Origin: an uncultured delta proteobacterium
GTDB lineage: Bacteria > Desulfobacterota > Binatia > JACPRU01
Length of the DNA: 64,000 bases
NCBI GenBank assembly: GCA_963745025.1
Contig: CAVUWD010000016.1
Span: 352,001-416,000, forward strand
Direction of reading: 5' to 3'
Part shown: positions 30,350-40,664 of the stretch, piece after piece
Numbering within the stretch: position 1 is the stretch's first letter
How the letters are laid out: the number at the start of each line of letters is the position of its first letter
Translations under genes and position numbers: made by a program
Notes under the pieces: generated by a model
Database searches by the model: none
What the model was told of the DNA's origin: nothing
What the model saw: the letters and a program-made list of their open reading frames with translations, nothing else

Positions 30350-31386
30350 CCGCGAGCGCCCTTGCCGCGCGGGCTGCCCTCGATGATCGAGAACGGGGAG
30401 AGCATGGGGATGACCCGGTCGAGCCGGAAGCCAGCCCTGTCGAAGAGCTCGGCGAATTGCACCTCGCTGCGTTCCCGCCCGCCGCCGAGCGTCATCATCA
30501 GTAAGTCCAGAAACGGACTTGGATCGGGCTCGCCATCCGGCGGAACCAGCATCTCGATCACCAGAAGCTTCCCGCTCTCGGCGATCGCCTGGCGGCAGTT
30601 CTTGAGAATGTCGAGGGCGCGCTCGTCGCTCCAATCGTGCAGGACGTGCTGCAGGATGTAGGCATCGCCGCCCGCGGGCACGGACTCGAAGAAGCTCCCG
30701 CCGACCCGCTGGCAGCGGTCCGAGATCGCTTCGACCTTCCGGGCGCCGTCAACGACATCGGCCAGGTCGAAGAGGATTCCATGCAAGAACGGATATGCGG
30801 AGAGGATTCCGGCAAGAAGCGCTCCGTGGCCTCCGCCGACGTCGACGAGGGTCGAGAATCCCGAGAAGTCGTATGCAGAGAGCACGGCCGCCGCCTGCAT
30901 CTCCGACGAGCGAGTCATCCACGCGTTGAAAGCGGCTGCCTCGCCGCGGTGGTCTGCGAGATAGTCGAAGAAGGACGCGCCGTGGACGCGGGTGAACGCA
31001 TCCTCCCCCGTCATGACGCTATGGAAGAGATCGCCCAGCGCGCTCCAGAAGAAGGGAGATCCGAAGAGCATCGCGGCATCGCGGACCGAGAAGGGGCTGT
31101 CGGTTCGCAGCGTATCGCCGAGGAGTGTGAGCGAGAAGCGGCCGTCGGCATCCTCGTAAACGACGCCGATGCTCGCGAGATAGTGGAGCAGCCGGCGAAG
31201 CGACGGAGCGTGAGCCGCGGTCGTCGTCGCGAGCTCCTCGACTCGCTTGGGGCCATCGGCGAGCAGGTCCGCCACGCCGAGGCGCGCCGCCCCGTGGATC
31301 GCCTGGGTGGTAATGAATCCGCTGAGGAGCCTCAGCATCTCGCCTGCGGGTGGTAAGGGCTCTTTTTCGGACGCAAGGTTTTTCAC
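30346..31386 (-). CDS. SAM-dependent O-methyltransferase (Methyltransf_2 with dimerisation domain)
   Basis: LVDVGGGHG, GSFF and VLHDWSD; GTG 31386 with GAGG upstream. Confidence 0.9.
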   Translation of the reverse strand: MKNLASEKEPLPPAGEMLRLLSGFITTQAIHGAARLGVADLLADGPKRVEELATTTAAHAPSLRRLLHYLASIGVVYEDADGRFSLTLLGDTLRTDSPFSVRDAAMLFGSPFFWSALGDLFHSVMTGEDAFTRVHGASFFDYLADHRGEAAAFNAWMTRSSEMQAAAVLSAYDFSGFSTLVDVGGGHGALLAGILSAYPFLHGILFDLADVVDGARKVEAISDRCQRVGGSFFESVPAGGDAYILQHVLHDWSDERALDILKNCRQAIAESGKLLVIEMLVPPDGEPDPSPFLDLLMMTLGGGRERSEVQFAELFDRAGFRLDRVIPMLSPFSIIEGSPRGKGARG

Positions 31387-31410
31387 CGGTTTCCTCGTTT
31401 CACTCTGCGC

Positions 31411-31500
31411 CAGGGCCTGCACTCCGGTGAGGAGGACAGAGCCTTCCTCGAGGAGATAGCGCTCCGCGAGCTCGTCGCGAGCCGATTCGTCTGCGTTCAC
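31411..31500 (-). pseudogene. N-terminal remnant of a fused indolepyruvate:ferredoxin oxidoreductase-family gene
   Basis: LAERYLLEEGSVLLTGVQAL resembles the conserved IOR-fusion N-terminus; coupled (GTGA) to the ligase stop. Confidence 0.6.
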
Positions 31501-33110
31501 GGAGCCCTCGCGCCGGCGGTCCGCTCCCCCGGCACGGCAGCGGCCTCGCGGTCCCAGGTGTCCGCCGTGATGCCCTCCTCGCGCAGGCGGTACTTTTGCA
31601 CCCGCTCGGTGGGGGTCTTCGGCAGGCGGTCGACGAAGCGGACGTAGCGCGGCACCATGAACCGCGCCATGCGCGCCTCGCACCAGCTCGCGAGCTCGGG
31701 CGCGGCGAGCGGGCGGCCCGGTCTCGGTACGACGCAGACCATCACCTCGTCCTCGCCGAGCTCGGAGCGGACGGGGATCGCCGCGCACTCGAGCACCGCG
31801 GGGTGGTCAGCGACGATATGCTCGACCTCCCAGGAGCTGATGTTCTCGCCGCGGCGTCGGATCGCGTCCTTTTTGCGATCGACGAATACGTAAAACCCAT
31901 CGCCGTCGCGCTGCAGGTAGTCGCCGGTGTGGAACCAGAGATCCTGCCAGGCCGCAACCGTTTTCTCGGCCATGTTGTAGTAGCCGAGCAGCATCGACCA
32001 CGGCCGCTTCGGACGCACCAGCAGCTCGCCGGCGGTCCCGTCACCGACCTCCATGCCGTCGTCGTCCACGAGCTTGACGTCGTAGTCGTGATGCGGCTTG
32101 CCGCAGGTCCCGGGCTTGCGCTCCGCGAAGGTGCCGAGCAGCGGCAGGCCGATCTCGCTCATGCCGTAGCCTTCGAGCAACGTGACACCGAAGCGACTCT
32201 CGAAGGCCTCGTAGACCCCGGGCGCGGCACCGGCCCCGAACAGCAGGCGAAGCGAGTGGTCCGTATCGTCGGAGCGCACCTCGGCCTTGAGGAGGATCTG
32301 GAGAATGCCGCCGATGTAGTTGAACTCGGTCGCGCCGTAGCGGCGCACGTCGTCCCAGAACTGAGTCGCTGAAAAACGCTCGGCGAGCACCATGCGCGCT
32401 CCGCTGTAGAGCGCCGGCATGGTCGAGAGCAGCTTCGCGTTGCCATGGAAGAGCGGCAGCGCGTTGTAGAGACAGTCCGAGGGGCCGTAGCCGGCGATCT
32501 CGGAGACGATCTCGGCCATGTGCACGGCATAGTTGTGCGGCAGCACCGCTCCCTTCGATGGCCCCGTGGTGCCGGAGGTGAACATGACCACGAAGGGGTC
32601 GCTCCAGGAGACCGGAACCGGATGGTACGGGGCGTCATCCGCGACGAGGCTCGCCCAGGATCGAGCCACCTTCCCTGCAACGGGCGCGGTGGCGCGCGCA
32701 CCGTCGATGACGACGACGTGCTCGAGCGCCGGCAGCTCGGCGATCACCTCGGCGAGCGCCGGGACGAGAGCGGCCTCGATCACGATCGCGGAGCATTCCG
32801 CTTGCCGCAGCATGTAGGCCAGCAGGTAGCCGCGATGAGCGGCGTTGATCGGCACCTCGATCGCCCCGATCTTGCAAAGGCCGAAGGTCGTGAACAGAAA
32901 CTCGGGGCGGTTCGAGAGCATCACCGCCACCCGATCGCCCTTCTTCGTGCCGAGCTGCTGGAAGCCGCGCGCCACTCGGCTCGCGGCGGCGTCGAGGTCC
33001 GAATAGCTGAAAACCATGTCCCGGAAATACAGAAAGGGGCGGGCGCCGAAGCGACGCGCGCGCTCCTCGAGCAGTGCGTGGACGGTCCGCTCTTCTGGGA
33101 TCGTGGCCAT
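31497..33110 (-). CDS. ATP-dependent acyl-CoA ligase (CaiC-like; positional equivalent of benzoylacetate-CoA ligase)
   Basis: FTSGTTGPSKG, YGMSE, WFHTGD, RRRGENIS and LPKTPT. Confidence 0.92.
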   Translation of the reverse strand: MATIPEERTVHALLEERARRFGARPFLYFRDMVFSYSDLDAAASRVARGFQQLGTKKGDRVAVMLSNRPEFLFTTFGLCKIGAIEVPINAAHRGYLLAYMLRQAECSAIVIEAALVPALAEVIAELPALEHVVVIDGARATAPVAGKVARSWASLVADDAPYHPVPVSWSDPFVVMFTSGTTGPSKGAVLPHNYAVHMAEIVSEIAGYGPSDCLYNALPLFHGNAKLLSTMPALYSGARMVLAERFSATQFWDDVRRYGATEFNYIGGILQILLKAEVRSDDTDHSLRLLFGAGAAPGVYEAFESRFGVTLLEGYGMSEIGLPLLGTFAERKPGTCGKPHHDYDVKLVDDDGMEVGDGTAGELLVRPKRPWSMLLGYYNMAEKTVAAWQDLWFHTGDYLQRDGDGFYVFVDRKKDAIRRRGENISSWEVEHIVADHPAVLECAAIPVRSELGEDEVMVCVVPRPGRPLAAPELASWCEARMARFMVPRYVRFVDRLPKTPTERVQKYRLREEGITADTWDREAAAVPGERTAGARAP

Positions 33111-33124
33111 GGGCGCCTCCGTGC

Positions 33125-35203
33125 TTACGCCGCTTTGGCTTTGGCGCGGGCGGCTCCGGGCTCCGGGTACTCTCCGTAGTGGCAGAGGATCTCGGGCTTC
33201 GGCCGGAGCTTCTGCCACTCGCTCATGAACTTGTCGTAGGGTGCGGCGCAGCGCCTGCGCTCGGCACGCGCTTCGTCGCGCAGTCGCTGCGTCGCCTCGG
33301 CGTCCAGGCGCAGCGTCTGCGAATTGTACGCCACCCGATAGACGTTGGCGGCCGCCCAGTGGCTGGTGACGCCGTCGCGAACGTCTCGCAGCACCGCCCC
33401 GGGCTCGCGCTCGAGGACGTCGCCGTAACCGGCGCCGCCGCCGATCGGGACGTAGATCGTGTCGCCCTCGGCAAGGAGCCGCGGCGCCGCGGCGGCGCCG
33501 CGGTACTCGCGCTCGCCGCGCTCGGGCGTGTCGCCGGCGTAGAGCTCACCCAGGTTGCGTGGCAGACCCTCGCCGCCGGCCGCGAGCAGCTCCCCCACGT
33601 TGCTGCCGCGTACCGTCTGGACAAAGATCGGCGGCGCCGCCCGCCCTCCGAAAATGCCGAGCGTCGCCGGAAAGCGGGAGCCAAAGCCCATCCCGCCGAT
33701 CGCGACGCAGGGCACGCCGCGTACCATGAAGCCGAAGGCCACGCCCGCGCCGCCGCGATATTTCCCGTGTCCGTAGGAGTTGTCGAAGAGGTTTCGGAAG
33801 AGGTAGAGAAACGGCCGCTCGGCTTCGATGTCCTCGGCGTCGCCGCAATCGCTCATCGTGGCAAAGAAAGCCCCCGCGGCGTGCACGCCGTCCATGTCGG
33901 GCCGCGCGCCCGCGCCCGTGGCGTTGATCTCCGGGGTGATGTCGGCGATCGGCTCCCCCCACTGGTTCGAGCCGGCCGCTACGGTGATCGAGAAGCCCGT
34001 GTACCAAGCGGCCACGGCGCGCAGGGGATCGATGGCGTAGGTCATGCGCGCGCCGACCATGAACATCCCCTGCGCGAACGCGACCTGCACGGCCGGAGCG
34101 TAGGAGACCGGCGCGTCGCCGCTCGCGCTCACCAAGGTGTCGTCGGGAAACTCCCAGTCGATCGCTTCGAGCAGCGCGTTGTTCGCCGGCAGGTCGTGGA
34201 AAAACCAGCCGCAGAGGTACACCATCGCGAGCCCGAGGATGCCCTGGAAGTAGCTGTTCATCGGGCGATCGAGGAGCATCGGCGAGGAGCCGTCGAGCCG
34301 GAGCTTCAAGCGCTCCCCGCGCTTCTCGACGGCGAGGTTGATTTTGAGCAGCGCGTCGTCGGGGCCGGTGGTGTCGAGGAAGCGCGGCTGGCGGTAGATG
34401 CCGTCGTTCAGGCGCGCGACCTTCCTGCGCGCCGCCTCCGCGGTGACGGAGAGGACTCGGCGCAGCGCCCCGACGAAGAAGCCGGCGCCCTTCTCACCGA
34501 GGATCTCCTTCACGCGCCGCTCGGCGATACGGCAGGCGGCGAGCCGCGCCTTGATGTCGAGCATCATCGTGCGGGGATCGCGGGTCATCGTGCAGATCAT
34601 CGCCAGGAGGTCTTCCTTCAGGGCGCGACTCTCACCGATCTTGATCGGCGGCACGAGCAGGCCCTCGTCGTATCGGGACTTCGCTGCGTTCACCATGCCG
34701 CCCGGCTCGGAACCGCCGCACTCCCCGGTGTGCACGGCGGCGCCGATGAAGCAGACGAGCTCGCCCTCGGCGAAGACCGGAATGGCGAGCCCCATGTCGG
34801 CGTTGTGCACGCCGCCGTAGAAGGGGTCATTGTAGAAGAAGGAGTCTCCATCCCGCAGACCGACGGACGCGTCGTCGCGCCAATGCTTGACGATGTACTT
34901 GACGGGGATCTGGCTGAGCACCGCATGGAAATAGATACCGGTTGCGCAGACCGCGAGGTCACCTTGCGCGGTGTAGATGCCGAAAGCGACGTCGCCCCAG
35001 CGCATGGCGGTGGAGGCCCCGAGCTTCATCGTGGTCTCCTTGCCTTCGAGCGCGACCATCTTCATGCGGTGCGAGAAGATCTCGAAGTCGAGATCTTCCA
35101 CCACCGCCTGCGCCTCGCGCTCGCGCTCCGTGATCGGCTCGGGCCGCAGCCGCTGAACGACCTCGTGGTCGCGTCCGTAACGGAACGAAGCAGATCCCTT
35201 CAT
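33125..35203 (-). CDS. Hydantoinase B/oxoprolinase family; acetophenone carboxylase ApcD-like
   Basis: NDPFYGGVHNAD, VHTGECGG, GKYRGG and GGGAGYGD; ATG 35203. Confidence 0.88.
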   Translation of the reverse strand: MKGSASFRYGRDHEVVQRLRPEPITEREREAQAVVEDLDFEIFSHRMKMVALEGKETTMKLGASTAMRWGDVAFGIYTAQGDLAVCATGIYFHAVLSQIPVKYIVKHWRDDASVGLRDGDSFFYNDPFYGGVHNADMGLAIPVFAEGELVCFIGAAVHTGECGGSEPGGMVNAAKSRYDEGLLVPPIKIGESRALKEDLLAMICTMTRDPRTMMLDIKARLAACRIAERRVKEILGEKGAGFFVGALRRVLSVTAEAARRKVARLNDGIYRQPRFLDTTGPDDALLKINLAVEKRGERLKLRLDGSSPMLLDRPMNSYFQGILGLAMVYLCGWFFHDLPANNALLEAIDWEFPDDTLVSASGDAPVSYAPAVQVAFAQGMFMVGARMTYAIDPLRAVAAWYTGFSITVAAGSNQWGEPIADITPEINATGAGARPDMDGVHAAGAFFATMSDCGDAEDIEAERPFLYLFRNLFDNSYGHGKYRGGAGVAFGFMVRGVPCVAIGGMGFGSRFPATLGIFGGRAAPPIFVQTVRGSNVGELLAAGGEGLPRNLGELYAGDTPERGEREYRGAAAAPRLLAEGDTIYVPIGGGAGYGDVLEREPGAVLRDVRDGVTSHWAAANVYRVAYNSQTLRLDAEATQRLRDEARAERRRCAAPYDKFMSEWQKLRPKPEILCHYGEYPEPGAARAKAKAA

Positions 35204-37344
35204 GGCAAACCTCGTCGCTCGAGAATCCCGTTGCGGAAGGGATCCATCTTGTACATCCAGCTCGACTCGACGACATACGTCGTGTCCGGAGCCTCGATGA
35301 GGGCGGGGCCGGCGATCACGTTGCCGGGCGCGAGCCGCTCGAAGGCGTAGACAGGCGTGTCGACGAGCCCTCGTGCGGAATCGAGCCAAGCCGGTCGCTC
35401 GCCGAGTCGCGCCGAGCGATCGGGCTCCGGCCCGCCCGCCGGTCCGCCGCGGATCTGGGCTCGGCCGTCGGCGACCGACGCGGTGAGGAAAAAGCACTCG
35501 ACGTTGATCCCGCCCATCGGAAACGCCGCTTCGGGGGAATAGATCTCGGAGTAGCGGCGGGTGAACAGGTCGCAGAGCTCCTTCAAGTCTTCGGCGCCAC
35601 GAAGGTCGAGACGCGGCGCCTCGACGCGTGTCAGGTGGTACTGGCTGCCGTAGCGCATGTCGAGCGCGAGGCGGAGGCGGACGCGCTCGGGCGGGAAGCC
35701 CTCGAGACGTAGGTCGCGGAGCGCGAGGTCGCGGAGCTCGTCGACGACGCCGTTGAACGCGCCGAGATCGTCGAGATACGCCTGGCGGTCCCAGCGGAAG
35801 AGCTTGAGCGTCCGCGACGTGTCCCAGACCTGACGGATCTCCATCCTGGCCGCTCCGAAGGCTCCGAAGACCGAAGCCATCGCCGGCACCACCACCGCGC
35901 GCGCGCCGATGTAAGGCGCGACGCCGCAGGCGTGGGTCGGGCCGGCCCCGCCGCAGGCGAAGAGCACGAAGCGGCGCGGGTCGTGGCCCTTGAGCACCAC
36001 CTCGTTGAAGACTTCCTGGCCCATGCGGGCGTCGACCAGCCGCCGGATACGGCTCGCCGCCTCGAGGACGGGGAGGCCGAGCGGCCGAGCGATCTGCTCT
36101 TCGATCGCGGCGTGCGCGAGTTCGGGATCGAGCGGAATCGCGCCGCCGAGGTAGTTGTCTGGATTGAGGAATCCGAGCACGAGGTCGGCGTCGGTCACCG
36201 TTGGCTCGGCGCCTCCCTGGTCGTAGCACGCCGGCCCGGGCATCGATCCCGCCGACTGCGGACCGACCTCGAGCGCATTCTGCATGAGCTCGTTCACCCA
36301 GGCGATCGAACCCCCGCCGGCGCCGATCGATTTGACCTCGATCGCGGGGATGTTCGTCCGCCAGCGGTCGATCACGGGAATGAAGTCGTGAGCGGTGAGC
36401 TCCCCGCCCGCCACCACCCCGATGTCGAACGAGGTGCCGCCCATGTCGGTGAAGATGACGTTGTCGTGGCCGGTGAGCCGGCCGAGCTCGATCGAGCCGT
36501 ACATCCCCGCCACCGGCCCGGCGTTGTGGGTGAGCACGGCGCGCGTGCGCGAGACTTTCTTGCTGCCGCCGGTATTGTGCACGAGGATCAGCGGTTTGCG
36601 GTAACCCTCGTCGCGCAGTTCGTTGCCGAGCCGGCCGAGCGCATCGCTCATCACCCCATGGATGTAGGCGTTCACCACCGCGGTCATCGTCCGCGTGTAC
36701 TCGCCCGACTTGGGCGAGATCTCGCTCGACAGTACGACCGGCATCGCGCCGAGGTAGTCCTCGGGGTACTCCTCCTCGATGATCTCGCGAACGAGCCGCT
36801 CGTGGACCGGGTTCACGAACGACCAGAGCAGACAGACGACGAAGCCCATCGCGCCACGGTCGACGAGTGTCTGGAGCCGCTCGAGGACGTCCTCGCGCGA
36901 GAGCGGACACACGACCTCGCCGCGGCAGTCGATGCGCTCGCGCACGCCGACGATCATGTCGGGCGGAATCAGCGGTTGCGGCTTGACGATGCGCGCGAGG
37001 TCGCCGACTTCGTGCACCGCCAGCCCGTCCGCCCAGCTGCGCGAGCGGCCGATGCGCGTCGTGTCCTCGAATCCGGCCGTCGTGATCAGGCCAAGCTTCG
37101 GCCCGGTGCGCTCGATCAAGGCGTTGGTGCCGATCGTCGTCGAGTAGCGCAGCGCCTCGACGCTGGCGAGAAACTCGCGGATCTCCTGTCCCCTTCGCCG
37201 CGCGAGGTCGCGAATTCCACGCATGAAGCCGACCGAGAGATCGTAGTGCGTCGTCGGCGTCTTGCAGGAGAGGACCTGTCCCTCATCGACCGCGGAGAAG
37301 TCGGTGAAGGTGCCGCCGATGTCGACGCCGACGCTCAAGCCCAT
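35200..37344 (-). CDS. Hydantoinase A/oxoprolinase family; ApcC-like ATP-binding subunit
   Basis: DIGGTFTD, STTIGTNAL, DMGGTSFD, GAGGGS and PGPACY. Confidence 0.92.
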   Translation of the reverse strand: MGLSVGVDIGGTFTDFSAVDEGQVLSCKTPTTHYDLSVGFMRGIRDLARRRGQEIREFLASVEALRYSTTIGTNALIERTGPKLGLITTAGFEDTTRIGRSRSWADGLAVHEVGDLARIVKPQPLIPPDMIVGVRERIDCRGEVVCPLSREDVLERLQTLVDRGAMGFVVCLLWSFVNPVHERLVREIIEEEYPEDYLGAMPVVLSSEISPKSGEYTRTMTAVVNAYIHGVMSDALGRLGNELRDEGYRKPLILVHNTGGSKKVSRTRAVLTHNAGPVAGMYGSIELGRLTGHDNVIFTDMGGTSFDIGVVAGGELTAHDFIPVIDRWRTNIPAIEVKSIGAGGGSIAWVNELMQNALEVGPQSAGSMPGPACYDQGGAEPTVTDADLVLGFLNPDNYLGGAIPLDPELAHAAIEEQIARPLGLPVLEAASRIRRLVDARMGQEVFNEVVLKGHDPRRFVLFACGGAGPTHACGVAPYIGARAVVVPAMASVFGAFGAARMEIRQVWDTSRTLKLFRWDRQAYLDDLGAFNGVVDELRDLALRDLRLEGFPPERVRLRLALDMRYGSQYHLTRVEAPRLDLRGAEDLKELCDLFTRRYSEIYSPEAAFPMGGINVECFFLTASVADGRAQIRGGPAGGPEPDRSARLGERPAWLDSARGLVDTPVYAFERLAPGNVIAGPALIEAPDTTYVVESSWMYKMDPFRNGILERRGLP

Positions 37345-37351
37345 GATGCCC

Positions 37352-38293
37352 TCAATGCGCGATCCCCCGGATCGACTCGCCGATCTCGCGGACGAGGCCG
37401 ATATCGGTCTGCCGCGGCATCGGTCCCGGCGTGGTGAAGTAGACGGCCGGCCCGCTTCCCGCGGCCGAGAGCGCCGCCGCGGCGCTTTGGCCCGTACTCT
37501 CCGCGTCGCGGAGTGCGAGGGGAACCGCGATGCTCCGGAGGCCCGTCGCGGCGCGCACGACCGCGGCCGGATCGGGAGCGTCGCCCGCGTGGTTCCTGCC
37601 GACCATCAGGTGATCGATCCTGAGGCTCGTCGCTGCGGCGGCCGCCGAGCCTACATCGCGATGGTCCCCGACGTAGAGAATCAGCGCCGCGCCGTAGTAG
37701 TCGGCGATGTTGCGAAGCGTCCCGTAGATGCGGCGGAGCTCCGGCGAGGATTTCCCTGGCTCGCAGGTTTCCACCAGCACGAGCCCATCGGGCCGCGACT
37801 GGCAGATGACCTCGGCGATGCCCACGAGGACCGACTTGAGGGCGGCGACCGCTTGGCGGTCGGGAGCCGGGCCGAGCACGAGCGCGGCGAGACTCGCCGG
37901 GCCCGCCATCGCCACCACACAGCCGCGCTCCGCACGAGCGGTGACAGCGAGCCGCCTCGCCGCTTCGAGGAAGGCGGGCGCGCGCCCCGAGGTCTTCGCG
38001 GCGGGGCTCAGGCTCGGCGGCGGCTCGCCGAGGACCGGTCGCTCTTCCTCCCAGCGGAGCGGGACGCCGCAAGCCTCGGCCAGGATCGACGCGTCCCAGC
38101 CGATCGTCACCGCATCGGCATCGACGAGCGTCGCCACCCGCTCGAGCGAGCCTGCCCAGAGCGTGGGGTCTGCCGTCAGCTCGGCGCCGGTCACCCCCTC
38201 GACGCGGGGGGCGAGATCCTCGACCAAGGGAATGAATGCCGTACCCCCCGCGCGGGCGCGTACGAACTCTTCGAAGAACCTCCCGCCGCTCAT
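37352..38293 (-). CDS. UROD/MetE-like barrel protein, possible ApcE counterpart
   Basis: 313 aa; DASILAEACG and AMAGPASLA resemble the UROD/MtbA fold; embedded in the apc-like operon. Confidence 0.55.
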   Translation of the reverse strand: MSGGRFFEEFVRARAGGTAFIPLVEDLAPRVEGVTGAELTADPTLWAGSLERVATLVDADAVTIGWDASILAEACGVPLRWEEERPVLGEPPPSLSPAAKTSGRAPAFLEAARRLAVTARAERGCVVAMAGPASLAALVLGPAPDRQAVAALKSVLVGIAEVICQSRPDGLVLVETCEPGKSSPELRRIYGTLRNIADYYGAALILYVGDHRDVGSAAAAATSLRIDHLMVGRNHAGDAPDPAAVVRAATGLRSIAVPLALRDAESTGQSAAAALSAAGSGPAVYFTTPGPMPRQTDIGLVREIGESIRGIAH

Positions 38294-38296
38294 CGC

Positions 38297-38629
38297 TCAC
38301 TTCACTCCGTAACGGCGCTTGAGTGCGTCGATGTCGAGCTCGATCTCGTGGGTCGGCGGGTGCCCGGGAGGAAGGTACTCGCTCTCGATCGTTACCGTGC
38401 ATCCCGGGCAATAGAACTCGATCAAGCGGCAGTAGTCGGGATCCGGCGTGAACGATCGGGCCGCGCCCTCGACCAGAGGCGGATGCGCCTTCTCGAGCGA
38501 CACCTCGGCGACCAGGCAGCCGGTCTTGTAGTCGATGCGGGCATCGGCCAGGGCCTGGCCGCAGTGGTGGCAGCGCCACTGCTCGGCTGCGAGATCGACG
38601 TCGAGTGACTCGGTGATGCGGATCTTCAT
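38297..38629 (-). CDS. Acetone/acetophenone carboxylase small Zn-binding subunit (ApcB/AcxC-like)
   Basis: WRCHHCG, EFYCPGC and EYLPPGHP. Confidence 0.9.
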   Translation of the reverse strand: MKIRITESLDVDLAAEQWRCHHCGQALADARIDYKTGCLVAEVSLEKAHPPLVEGAARSFTPDPDYCRLIEFYCPGCTVTIESEYLPPGHPPTHEIELDIDALKRRYGVK

Positions 38630-40650
38630 GGTCGTGCCACCCGTTCCAGGATTGCGTTCCGATACTCGTCCACGGTGAAGGTCCATCCCGCGCCGACGAA
38701 GCTCGTCGTCTGATCGGACTCGACCAGCGCAGGCCCCTCGAGGCGGTGGCCGCAGCCGAGACGGTGCCGATCGTAGACCGGTACCATCTCGTGCCCCGAT
38801 CGTTTCCCGAGGTACACCGCGCGCTTCCGCCGGATCGCATCCGCCGCCGTGCCGGTCGCGTGAGCGAAGCGCCGCATCGTAAAGTGGGGCACCGGAGCTC
38901 GAGCGAAGAGACCCACGGAGCGGATGGTCATTCCGTTCGTTCGCATGGAAAACGCTCTTGTCGCGCGGGCGATCGCTGCGGCGATGCCGAGCGGCTCGCG
39001 GTGAAAGTCGATGCCGGCCGCGACCCGAGCTTCCCGCTTGTCGGCCTCGACGATCAGCTCGACCGCCCAGGACAGGCTCTGCGGTCGGAAGCCCTCGCCC
39101 CGCATGTCCTGCTCGGCGCGGCCACGCATCTCCGCGATCGCGCTCGCGACCGGAGAGAAGTCGGCGCCAACCTCGAGCGCGACGTCGCTCCGCCGTGAGT
39201 AGAGATGCCCGACGTCCATGAGCGAGGAGGCATAGGCGGAGAACACCGCGGAGAACGGGGTGAGGACGAGCTTGCGAATCCCCGTCCGCTCGGCGAGCGC
39301 GCAGCCATGCAGCGGACCCGCGCCGCCGTAGAGGACCATCAGCGGCTCGTGCTCCGTGCCGATCTCGGCGCGAACCTCCGATGCCTCCCGCGCCACGTCG
39401 TCCTCGATGGCCCGCTTGATACGCAATGCCGACTCTTCCACGGAGAGGCCCAGCGGTCGCGCGACCCGCGCCTCCACGGCAGCCCGCGCTTTAGCGGCGT
39501 CGAGCTGCTTCCGGCCGCCGAGGAAGTAATCGGGATCGAGGAGGCCGAGGACGACGTTCGCGTCGGTGACGGTCGCTTGCGAGCCGCCGAGGTCGAAGCA
39601 CGCCGGCCCTGGGAGCGCCCCAGCCGACTCGGGGCCGACCGTGAGGCGGCCGTCGCGGACGATGGCGATCGACCCGCCGCCCGCGCCGAGGGCACGGATG
39701 GCGAGCATCGGCAGGTTCGTGGGGAAGCCCGCGACCGAGGGTCGCAACGCGTGGCTCGGCTCGCCGTCGACCACGTAGCCGAGGTCGAACGAGGTGCCTC
39801 CCATGTCGGCCGAGATCACCGAGCGGGCGCCGTACAGGAGGCCGATCTCGCGAGCACCGAGCAACCCCGCGGCCGGCCCGGAGTTGTAGGTGTGGATGGC
39901 GCGGGTCTTGGCGACGCGCGCGACCGCGCCGTTGTTGTGTCCGATGAGGAGAGGGCCGTGGTAGTCGCGGCGGCGGAGCTCCTCGCCGGCCCGGTAGAGG
40001 AGGCGCGTCAACTTGTCGTGGATGTAGGCGTTGAGGATCGCGGTGTTGATGCGCTCGCGGTTGCCCGAGCGGTGCGAGACGTCCGAAGCCAGGAACACCG
40101 GCACCGACCCAAGGTAGTCGCGCGGATACTCTCGCCGGATGATGTCGCGGACTGTGCGCTCGCCCTGCGGATTTACATCCGAGTTGGCGAGCGCCACGAC
40201 GAGGCAGCGCGCGCCACGGTCGATGAGCGTCTGGGCGGCGTCGAGGACTTCCGATGGCTCGGGGCTGCGGCGGAGCTCGCCGTCGCTCGCCACCTCTTCG
40301 CGAATCCCGAGGACCATGTCTTTCGCCACGAGGGGCGCCTTGTCCTGCGGGTCGCTCCCGCGCGCGAGCTCCTCCTCGCCGGCGGTGACGAGCAGGCCGA
40401 GCCGCGTACCGTCTCGTTGCAGGATGCAGTTCGTGCCGATCGTCGTGGAGAAGCGGATGAGGTCGGTATCGTAGAAAAAGTCTGCAACCGGGACCCCGAA
40501 GGCGCGCGCTCCCTCCTCAATGCAGGCGAGAAAGCAGACGGTGAGATCGTGGGCTGTCGTGAATGTCTTTACAGTGCGGAACTCCTCGCCGTGGGTAAAA
40601 AACCCGTCGGTGAAAGTACCGCCGGTATCGATATCGATCGTATAGCCCAC
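38626..40650 (-). CDS. Hydantoinase A family; ApcA-like subunit
   Basis: DIDTGGTFTDG, STTIGTN, DMGGTSFD and PGPACF. Confidence 0.9.
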   Translation of the reverse strand: MGYTIDIDTGGTFTDGFFTHGEEFRTVKTFTTAHDLTVCFLACIEEGARAFGVPVADFFYDTDLIRFSTTIGTNCILQRDGTRLGLLVTAGEEELARGSDPQDKAPLVAKDMVLGIREEVASDGELRRSPEPSEVLDAAQTLIDRGARCLVVALANSDVNPQGERTVRDIIRREYPRDYLGSVPVFLASDVSHRSGNRERINTAILNAYIHDKLTRLLYRAGEELRRRDYHGPLLIGHNNGAVARVAKTRAIHTYNSGPAAGLLGAREIGLLYGARSVISADMGGTSFDLGYVVDGEPSHALRPSVAGFPTNLPMLAIRALGAGGGSIAIVRDGRLTVGPESAGALPGPACFDLGGSQATVTDANVVLGLLDPDYFLGGRKQLDAAKARAAVEARVARPLGLSVEESALRIKRAIEDDVAREASEVRAEIGTEHEPLMVLYGGAGPLHGCALAERTGIRKLVLTPFSAVFSAYASSLMDVGHLYSRRSDVALEVGADFSPVASAIAEMRGRAEQDMRGEGFRPQSLSWAVELIVEADKREARVAAGIDFHREPLGIAAAIARATRAFSMRTNGMTIRSVGLFARAPVPHFTMRRFAHATGTAADAIRRKRAVYLGKRSGHEMVPVYDRHRLGCGHRLEGPALVESDQTTSFVGAGWTFTVDEYRNAILERVARP

Positions 40651-40664
40651 GCCATGAGTGTGAA

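Noticed and set aside
33125-36910. 1261-aa ORF as a giant fusion (likewise the 949-, 705-, 723- and 637-aa track ORFs)
   Set aside because: The N-terminal parts are Arg/Pro-rich off-frame read-through over the upstream gene; true starts are at the coupled ATG/GTG.
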